A DNA stretch of 63,398 nt from a virus (taxonomy: Duplodnaviria; Caudoviricetes). Under the pieces are notes generated by a model that made no database searches, was not told the origin of the DNA, and saw only the letters and a program-made list of their open reading frames with translations. Shown piece by piece: positions 56,204 through 63,292 of this stretch. Within the stretch, counting starts at the first letter, position 1; each line of letters begins with the position of its first letter. The stretch spans positions 1 through 63,398 of IMG/VR virus record IMGVR_UViG_3300032271_000550. One strand, 5' to 3'. The translations under genes were made by a program, and so were the position numbers.

Positions 56204-56541
56204 TAGTTCTGTTCCTTTGTTGCGTTGGATTGTGTTGCGTATGTGTTAGCCCACGCTACCACATTTTTTGCGTCAAGGATACCGCCCTGCCCGCAAAACT
56301 CTGATAAGGCTGTTAGGACATCATCAACGCCACCGTCATAGCCTTTTGAGAACCACTCCCACTCAAACTTAGGCAAGTCAAGTTTATTAGGCTCATGCCA
56401 GTCTGCGAAGTTGCTGGCGTTCTCGTTGTCAAAGTAAAACTTGAGCAAGCACTCGTCACAGTTGCGAACGGTTGCGTCAGTAGCGTTACAGCCACAGGCA
56501 GGGCATACCCATTCGGTAGCCCACAGTTTTCCAAATACCAT
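56203..56541 (-). CDS. zinc-finger hypothetical protein
   Basis: CPAC...CDEC; AGAAAGG upstream. Confidence 0.7.
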   Translation of the reverse strand: MVFGKLWATEWVCPACGCNATDATVRNCDECLLKFYFDNENASNFADWHEPNKLDLPKFEWEWFSKGYDGGVDDVLTALSEFCGQGGILDAKNVVAWANTYATQSNATKEQN

Positions 56542-56545
56542 TTTC

Positions 56546-56725
56546 TTATTTACCTTTCTCTGATAAATCTATTTCGTTTAGCATGAACAACGCTACTTCG
56601 TAAGCGTCTGTGACACCGCAATAATAGGCGTAGTCGCTGTTGCCGTCTGATTCTGCGCTTTTCTTGTCTTTGGTGTATTTGGCTAACAGTTTAGTTATGT
56701 CAGCCTTTACCTGCTCAACGGTCAT
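56546..56725 (-). CDS. hypothetical protein (59 aa)
   Basis: Translated by hand (MTVEQVKADI...); fills the gap. Confidence 0.65.
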   Translation of the reverse strand: MTVEQVKADITKLLAKYTKDKKSAESDGNSDYAYYCGVTDAYEVALFMLNEIDLSEKGK

Positions 56726-56726
56726 G

Positions 56727-58766
56727 TTATCTACCTGCCTTAATCGTGTGTTTGACTACATCTTTAGCGACCTTAACTAAATCGCTAGGTTGTGTGATTG
56801 TTCGGAAGTTCTTAGCACCGTGACTAGCCTTTTTAACGCCGTCTGGGTCAGCCAATAGTCTCTGCGTGTATTCGTCAGTCCCAAGAAAGATGACGCTGGT
56901 GAAGACACCGCTTTGACCCATTTCGCTAATGAGTGGGTCGCTAGTAGTGCTAAAGCCACCGTCAGTCAGTAAGAATAATAGTTTTGTTTTAGCCTTGGAC
57001 TGCTGAAAGATACGCTGGCTTTCTAGTAGCGAGTAGTATGGGTCAGTTCCACCAGTTGCGTGCGCTATAAGAGCCTTGCTAGGGCTTGCTTTTTGGTCAG
57101 CCGAGTAGAGCATACGGCTGTCGGCGTTATAGGTCATGACTGACACCCTGCCGTTGATTTTCTCAATGGCTCGCTTGATTACCCACGCCGAACGGCTGGC
57201 AGAGCCAATCTCGTTCCACATAGAGCCTGAACGGTCAAGCGCAATACAGCACTCAATGTCGTAGTCTTCGTTGCCTAATGTCCAACGGTCAAACAACTTG
57301 CCTATCTCATTGACATCGGCGTTCATGGCACGCCTGACATTCAGTTTGCCAGTTGGTCGCTCAAGTTCCCACGCTGGGTCACACTCAATACGGATACGCT
57401 CTAGTTCTTGACCGAATAGGCGACTAGCCGTAATCTCGGCTTGCGTAGGTTCGTCAGCCGTTCCCTGTCCCTTGCCCAAAATAGACTTGGTAGATGAATC
57501 CTTGTTAATAGCCTTGATAGTCTCTCGGACTTTAGTTTTGAGAGACTCGTCATTCTTGGCACTCTGGACTGCTTGCTCAACGCTTTCGGCTAGGGCTTGG
57601 TCTTTATCGGTATTAAAGTCTTTGGTGTCTTTATTAAACTCGCCGTCACCGTCACCAGTAATCGAATAGCCTGCGCTGTTCTTATCTAAGTTCAGTTCGT
57701 CTGGTTCGCCGTCATCGGCAATAATAGCGTCTAGTTCTTTTTCACCAAGTGGCTTGCCGTTACGCATGACAGGGCGACCATCGCAACCGCTAGGTGTGTG
57801 TAGCGTCTCTGGAATGATAGCGATAAACTGCTCAATGAGTTCTTGACCCCGATTGTAGTCCCTTGGATAGACCAAAGAGCGATACTCTGAACAAATAGAA
57901 TAAACTTGTTTAGCCTGTTCTTCGCCGTATTGTTTGGCGTATGCCATAGCCGAATACTGTCGTGCTGGTAGCGAGAAGTATTTGCGACCTGCTAACAAAA
58001 CAAAGTTGTCAGAGAAGTCTTCTTGGTGTTTGGCGATGTATTCGCCTAGCAAGGCTGTGAAGAATGGGCGTGTGCTTGGATACTTGGTTGTCATGTAGTA
58101 TTCGGCTCGGCAGTCTTCCAAGATGTTAAACGCTCTAGCCCTAGCAGGGCTGACCAACTCTATGCTTTCAGCGGTAGTGGTGTGTTCGTTGCCTTGATAG
58201 TCTTTCCACTTGTTTTCGTGCGTAATGGTTTTCTTTTCCATGACCCACTTGCCTAGAGCCGTTCCCTGCCTTGGTGTGAATAGCAGGTGAGCGAGTTCGT
58301 GATAGTTCAAGCCGTGTAGCGAGATGACGGTTTCGTCTGTAAGAGCCTTGATGTGCTTGGCGTTAAAGGTGACATTCTTACCGTCATTCCACGCTGGGGC
58401 ATACTGTAAAGGGTCATCGTTCAGAAATACATCTACTGACAAGTTAGATAGGATACGGTCAGCCTTTTGGAATACTGAACAGAAACTGTCAAGCAAGTTG
58501 TTTCTTAATAGGATTGTCTGTTCCCTGTCTGCCGTCATGGTGCGAATGTGGTATTCAAAGTCAAGGCTGACTTGCTGGTATTCTTCCCAACGCTGTTGGA
58601 ATACAGTTTCGTATTCTTGACCAGTTAGTTTTGCGTGTTCTTCAGCCCACCTGACAATGCCGTTAGGGTTTTCTAGGTATTCTTTGTCCTGCGTTTTTAG
58701 AAAGTCAGTCCAATCCTTGAATGAGTGACCCCTGTTGGTTGCGATGTTGCGAATGTGCTTAGCCAT
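56727..58766 (-). CDS. VWA-domain protein (CobT/NorD-like) with N-terminal HExxH metallopeptidase-like domain
   Basis: YHELAH, FNILEDCRAE, TGKLNVRR, MIDAS DRSGSM, GGT, LTDG. Confidence 0.88.
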   Translation of the reverse strand: MAKHIRNIATNRGHSFKDWTDFLKTQDKEYLENPNGIVRWAEEHAKLTGQEYETVFQQRWEEYQQVSLDFEYHIRTMTADREQTILLRNNLLDSFCSVFQKADRILSNLSVDVFLNDDPLQYAPAWNDGKNVTFNAKHIKALTDETVISLHGLNYHELAHLLFTPRQGTALGKWVMEKKTITHENKWKDYQGNEHTTTAESIELVSPARARAFNILEDCRAEYYMTTKYPSTRPFFTALLGEYIAKHQEDFSDNFVLLAGRKYFSLPARQYSAMAYAKQYGEEQAKQVYSICSEYRSLVYPRDYNRGQELIEQFIAIIPETLHTPSGCDGRPVMRNGKPLGEKELDAIIADDGEPDELNLDKNSAGYSITGDGDGEFNKDTKDFNTDKDQALAESVEQAVQSAKNDESLKTKVRETIKAINKDSSTKSILGKGQGTADEPTQAEITASRLFGQELERIRIECDPAWELERPTGKLNVRRAMNADVNEIGKLFDRWTLGNEDYDIECCIALDRSGSMWNEIGSASRSAWVIKRAIEKINGRVSVMTYNADSRMLYSADQKASPSKALIAHATGGTDPYYSLLESQRIFQQSKAKTKLLFLLTDGGFSTTSDPLISEMGQSGVFTSVIFLGTDEYTQRLLADPDGVKKASHGAKNFRTITQPSDLVKVAKDVVKHTIKAGR

Positions 58767-60157
58767 TAGTTGTTACCTACTTCGTCTGCTTGAATCTTAC
58801 CAGTAGCGACAGAGATACCAAAGTCTTTGCCGATGTTTGACTTAGCCGTGTCGAACGCCAACTTCACAGCGTCACGCTCGTCATCTAGGAATCCGTTGAT
58901 GTAGGACATAACAGCATAGTCAAGCCCAAGGTTCTCAACATTCTTAACAAAACTGATTAGACCGCGAGTAGAGATAGGCGTGTCAATCTCGCCTTTGTCT
59001 GCTTGCTGGCGTAGTTTGCCTGCCAACTCCAAGAGAGCAGGTGACTTAATCAACTTCTTCTCAATAGCCTTGTCATAGTCAAACTCTAGTTTGTGAGCGA
59101 AACGGTCTTTCCACGCTTGGTTCATCGGGCGAGAGCCACGATAGTTCGGGTTGTGGTCGCCAATCACAACTAGGTCTGGGTGCGCCTTGATAACTTCGCC
59201 ACCGTTCTCTAGCAACTGTATTTCACGGCGGTCATCTAGCAGACCAAACAAAACTGTTGTGATACGCTCTGGCATAAAGTCAATCTCGTTGAGCAACAGC
59301 ACGCCACCGTGTCTTACCAAGTCTGTTACAGGTCCGTCTTGCCAACGGAATACGCCTGCCTGCTCGGTTGGTGTCCATGCGCCGAATAGGTGACTAGGCT
59401 CAAGCCCGACATTCGCCGAGATGTTGTAGTAGCGGTAGTTGTTTGTGCTTGCCCACGCCAAGACACACATAGTCTTACCCGAGCCTGCGCCACCACGAAT
59501 AATGACATTCTGCTTTTCGGCTTTGGCTGTGTCCAAGACATCGAAGTCGGTGATGTTCTTGTTGATAACATAACGGTTTAGATAGGTCTCTGCCCATTTC
59601 TTGTCTGGCACGCTGGCTAGTTCCGTAGGTGCGTATGAAGATGAACGAGTGACTACTGGCTGGTCTGTAACAGGCTGGTCAAGTGTCGTGCTGATTGGAT
59701 AGAACGCTGATTCAAGGACAGGCTCAACAGACTTGATAGGCTTGAGCGCAACAGGGCTGGTGCGTCTGCCGTCTCGGACATAATCGTTTAGGTGAGTGTC
59801 GCCGTTTTCCAACATCTCAATAAAGTGGGTTACAGCGTCATCGTGGTTCATCTCAACGGCTGGGTCAGTTGGTGCGACAGCGAGAGCCTTAGTTGCGAGA
59901 GCCGTAACAATACCCATTTTGGCTTGGGCTACATCTCGCTCGCTGATGATGACAGCGACAGGCTGGGCGGTTACAGGGATAGATTCAAAACCGAACGATA
60001 CTCTTGACCAACGAGAGCCACGACCACGCTGACCATTGGTTCGGCGTGAGAAGATTAGGACTTCGCTCTCGGTAGGAACGAGTAGCGTTTCGACAAAGAT
60101 AGCCCAACCGTCTTGTTGCTGTTCGGTCTGGCTCTTCAATAGGACTGCTAGTGACAT
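58766..60157 (-). CDS. MoxR-family AAA+ ATPase (CbbQ/NorQ/CobS-like)
   Basis: GGAGSGKT, WQDGP, LLNEID, NPNYRG, AWKDRF, ISTR. Confidence 0.92.
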   Translation of the reverse strand: MSLAVLLKSQTEQQQDGWAIFVETLLVPTESEVLIFSRRTNGQRGRGSRWSRVSFGFESIPVTAQPVAVIISERDVAQAKMGIVTALATKALAVAPTDPAVEMNHDDAVTHFIEMLENGDTHLNDYVRDGRRTSPVALKPIKSVEPVLESAFYPISTTLDQPVTDQPVVTRSSSYAPTELASVPDKKWAETYLNRYVINKNITDFDVLDTAKAEKQNVIIRGGAGSGKTMCVLAWASTNNYRYYNISANVGLEPSHLFGAWTPTEQAGVFRWQDGPVTDLVRHGGVLLLNEIDFMPERITTVLFGLLDDRREIQLLENGGEVIKAHPDLVVIGDHNPNYRGSRPMNQAWKDRFAHKLEFDYDKAIEKKLIKSPALLELAGKLRQQADKGEIDTPISTRGLISFVKNVENLGLDYAVMSYINGFLDDERDAVKLAFDTAKSNIGKDFGISVATGKIQADEVGNN

Positions 60158-60214
60158 GGGGGTTAGTTCTCTTTCGTGTATGTGCCTTGAGCGTTTCTCT
60201 CGGCTACAAAGAAC

Positions 60215-60236
60215 AGACTACGCTATCGGGGTGACA
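60215..60236 (-). promoter_or_regulatory. promoter TGTC-N12-TAGTCT
   Basis: Same architecture as 62354-62375; upstream of the AAA+ gene. Confidence 0.55.
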
Positions 60237-60258
60237 TAACCAAGGCACTTAGGTATTT

Positions 60259-60280
60259 ATTTACCAAATGTTCATCTAAC
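60259..60280 (+). promoter_or_regulatory. two 11-bp direct-repeat units (PHO-box-like)
   Basis: ATTTACCAAAT GTTCATCTAAC. Confidence 0.45.
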
Positions 60281-60592
60281 TGTGACCTGCCGTAACCTTC
60301 GGCAAAAAATCGGGGGCTTTGCTATTTCTTTGTATTCACCTATTAGAGAGAGACATTTAGATAGAGAGATAGGGATTGAGTGTAGCGTATGCGAATAATC
60401 CCACAGACATTTATTTCTCTCACGCTCTCTCTCTCCTTATAGCAACTACAACAAGCCCAGTAAGCCTTGCTCATCTGGGCTTATCCCTGCTTGCTTGTCA
60501 GGCTTGTTAGGCAGTAGCCTTTTTCGGCTCAAATCACATAGCATACTTCTCTCTCTATAGCAATAACCGTAACCAAATCGTTATAGCCAAAG

Positions 60593-60636
60593 ATTTACCC
60601 GCCGTTTACTCTCTGTTAACTCTCCGTTCACCTAAA
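60593..60636 (+). promoter_or_regulatory. four 11-bp direct-repeat units (PHO-box-like)
   Basis: ATTTACCCGCC GTTTACTCTCT GTTAACTCTCC GTTCACCTAAA. Confidence 0.6.
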
Positions 60637-60661
60637 TATGGTAGGGCAAAGCTTAGCAGGC

Positions 60662-60750
60662 TTGTTGAGTTGGAGCCTTTTAGCCATTTCAGCTTAATAG
60701 AGGATTCCGTCCGTCCGGCCGGCTATGGCTAAAAGGCTCCAACTCAACAA
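60662..60750. repeat. long perfect inverted repeat, copy 1 (26-bp arms, 37-nt loop)
   Basis: TTGTTGAGTTGGAGCCTTTTAGCCAT ... ATGGCTAAAAGGCTCCAACTCAACAA. Confidence 0.95.
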
Positions 60751-60771
60751 ACTTGCGTAGTTTGGCGCAGA

Positions 60772-60811
60772 AAAGGGAAAACCCCCAGCCAAATAGCGTT
60801 GGCTAGGGGTT
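60772..60811 (-). terminator. intrinsic terminator
   Basis: Minus strand ACCCCTAGCCAA-cgctat-TTGGCTGGGGGT then TTTCCCTTT. Confidence 0.65.
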
Positions 60812-60812
60812 C

Positions 60813-60846
60813 TAGGCAGGCACAGAAAGGGGAAGAAGCCTGCCTA
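60813..60846 (-). other. hairpin with pyrimidine-rich anti-SD-like loop
   Basis: Minus strand TAGGCAGGC-ttcttcccctttctgt-GCCTGCCTA. Confidence 0.6.
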
Positions 60847-60868
60847 TCGTGTAGGAAGAAAGATAGAC

Positions 60869-61219
60869 CTACACGCCGTCTTTGTAGTTAGTGCGACAGT
60901 TTTCGCACCACCATTCGTTACCTGCTTTGGTTTCTATGCGTTCGGTTGCTAGACCATTTCCGCAGAACTCGCAGGTGTAAGTGTGTTCGCCGTGTTCTGT
61001 GCCGTGTGCGCCCATACATACTTCACAGTCTTCGTTGAAGTCTAGTAAGCCTGTTTCGCCTACTTGTAGGGCTACGACAAGCATTTCGGCTTGTTCGCGT
61101 GTAATAAGCCCATCGTGGTCCCAGTTTAGTAGCAGATTGCGGATACGCTCTCGTTCCATAGAGATTCCGAATAGCATAATCTCTATGCGGTTTGCGTCGA
61201 ACTCTGGTTTTTCGTTCAT
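60869..61219 (-). CDS. zinc-finger hypothetical protein
   Basis: Start at MNEKPE; CEVC, CEFC, CENC. Confidence 0.7.
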   Translation of the reverse strand: MNEKPEFDANRIEIMLFGISMERERIRNLLLNWDHDGLITREQAEMLVVALQVGETGLLDFNEDCEVCMGAHGTEHGEHTYTCEFCGNGLATERIETKAGNEWWCENCRTNYKDGV

Positions 61220-61432
61220 CTTAGTTTTCTTCCCTGTAACAAGATAAGTTTGCTTTGTATTGTGAGTAGAACACGGATTAGTGTCCCGATTGCGTTGATA
61301 CCTAAGTGTATCACATTTTGCGGTTGGCGATGACGACCCATTAGTCTTCATCTTTTGTGTGGCAGTCGCAGTTGATACCAAAGTAACTGAACTGAACTCC
61401 GCAGGTGTCGCAGTATTCGGGTTCGTCAGCCA

Positions 61433-61597
61433 TTAGTAATCTTCTTCTGGTAGTTCGACTTCGACTTCTGTGTCACCGAACATACAGTTGCCTTCGGCAA
61501 ATGCTATTTCGGCTAGGTCTTGGGCGTCTTCTAACGAGTCTGCTTCAAAAATACCTGAAACAAGTTGGATTATTCTGCCGTTGATTTCGTATTCCAT
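61433..61597 (-). CDS. small acidic protein (F.ADSLE.AQ family)
   Basis: Start at MEYEIN; FEADSLEDAQ. Confidence 0.7.
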   Translation of the reverse strand: MEYEINGRIIQLVSGIFEADSLEDAQDLAEIAFAEGNCMFGDTEVEVELPEEDY

Positions 61598-61782
61598 TAG
61601 AAAGTCACTTTCTGTGGGTCGTCCCAGTCGGTGTCGCCGTTTTTGTAAAAGCGTTCTGAGTTTGGTAAGTCTTCCCAAGAGAGAACTTCGTCCATAAGTA
61701 TCTGGGCGTGTTCTAGGTCATCAGCCTCAAAGGTGATGATTGCGATTGTGTTTTCGATTTCTCTAAACTGGAACTTAGGCAT
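61597..61782 (-). CDS. small acidic protein (F.ADSLE.AQ family)
   Basis: FEADDLEHAQ. Confidence 0.75.
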   Translation of the reverse strand: MPKFQFREIENTIAIITFEADDLEHAQILMDEVLSWEDLPNSERFYKNGDTDWDDPQKVTF

Positions 61783-61972
61783 TTTGGATACCTGCTTTCA
61801 GGATTTCGGTGGCGTGGGCGATTTGCCCGATTGTGATTTCACTTTCCCACTCTTCCGATTGGGTGTCCCAGACTGTTCCTTCTGGGAAACGAGCGACAAG
61901 GGTGCTGTCGTCAAAACTAACTTGTTTGGTTTCTGTATCAACACAGATGACAAAATAGACTTGCTTAGACAT
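61775..61972 (-). CDS. small hypothetical protein
   Basis: Start at MSKQVY. Confidence 0.7.
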   Translation of the reverse strand: MSKQVYFVICVDTETKQVSFDDSTLVARFPEGTVWDTQSEEWESEITIGQIAHATEILKAGIQNA

Positions 61973-62144
61973 TCTCTTCTTCGCTTTCTTCTGGTTCTCC
62001 AACTTCAACACCGCTGTCGCCGTATTGTTCTAGGATTTCGCTAATAGGGCTGGATAGGTAAGTCATGGCTTGATGCCAAGCCGTAAATGCGTCTTTGGCT
62101 TCGATTTCCACCCAAGCCTCAATGGGGATAATGTATTTAGGCAT
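61965..62144 (-). CDS. small acidic protein (59 aa)
   Basis: Translated by hand (MPKYIIPIEAWVEIEAKDA...); AGGA RBS. Confidence 0.65.
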   Translation of the reverse strand: MPKYIIPIEAWVEIEAKDAFTAWHQAMTYLSSPISEILEQYGDSGVEVGEPEESEEENV

Positions 62145-62322
62145 TCTCTTCTTCCTGTTCTACTAGGGTTAGCCAAACATTCCAGTTATCAGGATTGTTT
62201 GCTAGGTTTATTAGGCACTTAGCACAAAGCGGGGTTTTTGTGCCAATGTATACTCCAAGAATAACTTGGGCGATTGCTGGTTTCTCATAACAGCCTTCGC
62301 AAGTGGGGGCAACTTTTGCCAT
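62137..62322 (-). CDS. small zinc-finger protein
   Basis: AGAAAGG RBS; CEGC...CAKC. Confidence 0.7.
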   Translation of the reverse strand: MAKVAPTCEGCYEKPAIAQVILGVYIGTKTPLCAKCLINLANNPDNWNVWLTLVEQEEENA

Positions 62323-62353
62323 AACTCTCACCCTTTCTATCTGGTGTAATACC

Positions 62354-62375
62354 ATACTAGTCTCTCCCACTGACA
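62354..62375 (-). promoter_or_regulatory. promoter TGTC-N12-TAGTAT
   Basis: Minus strand TGTCagtgggagagacTAGTAT. Confidence 0.55.
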
Positions 62376-62387
62376 TTGTGCGCCACT

Positions 62388-62420
62388 TTCAGGTAAATGG
62401 TTTATGAACATTAGGTAAAC
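62388..62420 (-). promoter_or_regulatory. three 11-bp direct-repeat units (PHO-box-like)
   Basis: Minus strand GTTTACCTAAT GTTCATAAACC ATTTACCTGAA. Confidence 0.6.
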
Positions 62421-62434
62421 AACTCTTCGCAAAC

Positions 62435-62516
62435 TTGTTGAGTTGGAAGCCTATTAGCCTATAAAGACCGACGGGCACAAACAGCTACTTAGGCTAATAG
62501 GCTTCCAACTCAACAA
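62435..62516. repeat. long perfect inverted repeat, copy 2 (27-bp arms, 28-nt loop)
   Basis: TTGTTGAGTTGGAAGCCTATTAGCCTA ... TAGGCTAATAGGCTTCCAACTCAACAA. Confidence 0.95.
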
Positions 62517-62521
62517 AATAG

Positions 62522-62680
62522 TCAAGCCCCGAGGCTGGGGAAACCTCGGGGCTTGATTTTGGTTGATAGCGGGGTCAAGGCAGGCGACACCTATGGCAAG
62601 CCAACTCGGTCTAAGCGTCGCCCCGCTATCAAGGGGAGTGGTAGGGCTAGGGGAAAAGAAAGGAAAGCCTAGCCCTACCA
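62522..62680 (-). ncRNA. candidate structured RNA/3' UTR with three hairpins and C/U-rich loops
   Basis: Perfect stems 62639-62651/62668-62680 (13 bp), 62563-62574/62621-62632 (12 bp), 62522-62534/62544-62556 (13 bp). Confidence 0.5.
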
Positions 62681-62687
62681 AATCTAT

Positions 62688-63167
62688 TTAGTTTTCTTCG
62701 CAGTCCGTGACTTCGTGGTCTTCGACAGACACATCATCAAGGTCGCCACGATTGTAACCGTAACCAACACTAGCCGAGATGTCTAGGTCAATCTCTGAAC
62801 CGTCAAAGTTGTCCCAGTCGTAAGCAGGGCTGTTAGCAGTTACTTCGACATCGACATTTACAGTCAAGCGGAATGTCTTGGTGGTGGTCACATCAAGGTC
62901 AAAGATTTCTGAGATTTCTGTGGCGTGTTCGTCAAGGTCTTCCCAGTTCTCTTTGACATACTCCGCTAACTTGTCACGCTGTCCGACAAGTTTGGCGTGG
63001 TTTGTTTTGTGAGTGTTAGCCGAAAACTCCAATGAGTTCTTCTCACGAGTCACCTGTGCGAGTTGGGCTTCCAACGCTTCGTATGACGGTTTTTCTGATT
63101 CTGCCTGAATGTCTGCCATAACGCTGTCAGATAGTTCGGCTGGTTGATTCTCTTGGTTCTCCCACAT
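62688..63167 (-). CDS. acidic coiled-coil hypothetical protein
   Basis: Start at MWENQ after AGAAAGAG; TATAGT -10 at 63213-63218. Confidence 0.75.
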   Translation of the reverse strand: MWENQENQPAELSDSVMADIQAESEKPSYEALEAQLAQVTREKNSLEFSANTHKTNHAKLVGQRDKLAEYVKENWEDLDEHATEISEIFDLDVTTTKTFRLTVNVDVEVTANSPAYDWDNFDGSEIDLDISASVGYGYNRGDLDDVSVEDHEVTDCEEN

Positions 63168-63243
63168 GGTAATCTCTCTTTCTGTTAGGTGTGTATTTCC
63201 ATGTAGTTCCATACTATACCCTGCCCTACTCTCTACCTACTCT

Positions 63244-63276
63244 TTTTGGCAAACGGCAAGTGAACAGTAGGTGAAC
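63244..63276 (-). promoter_or_regulatory. three 11-bp direct-repeat units (PHO-box-like)
   Basis: Minus strand GTTCACCTACT GTTCACTTGCC GTTTGCCAAAA. Confidence 0.6.
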
Positions 63277-63292
63277 GATTTCTGTGACAAAC

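Noticed and set aside
56727-60157. CobS/CobT as cobalamin biosynthesis genes supporting NrdJ
   Set aside because: Generic MoxR/VWA pair; no cobN or other cob genes in the window.
62454-62681. 75-aa minus-strand ORF across the structured region
   Set aside because: No RBS, atypical composition, runs through four hairpins.
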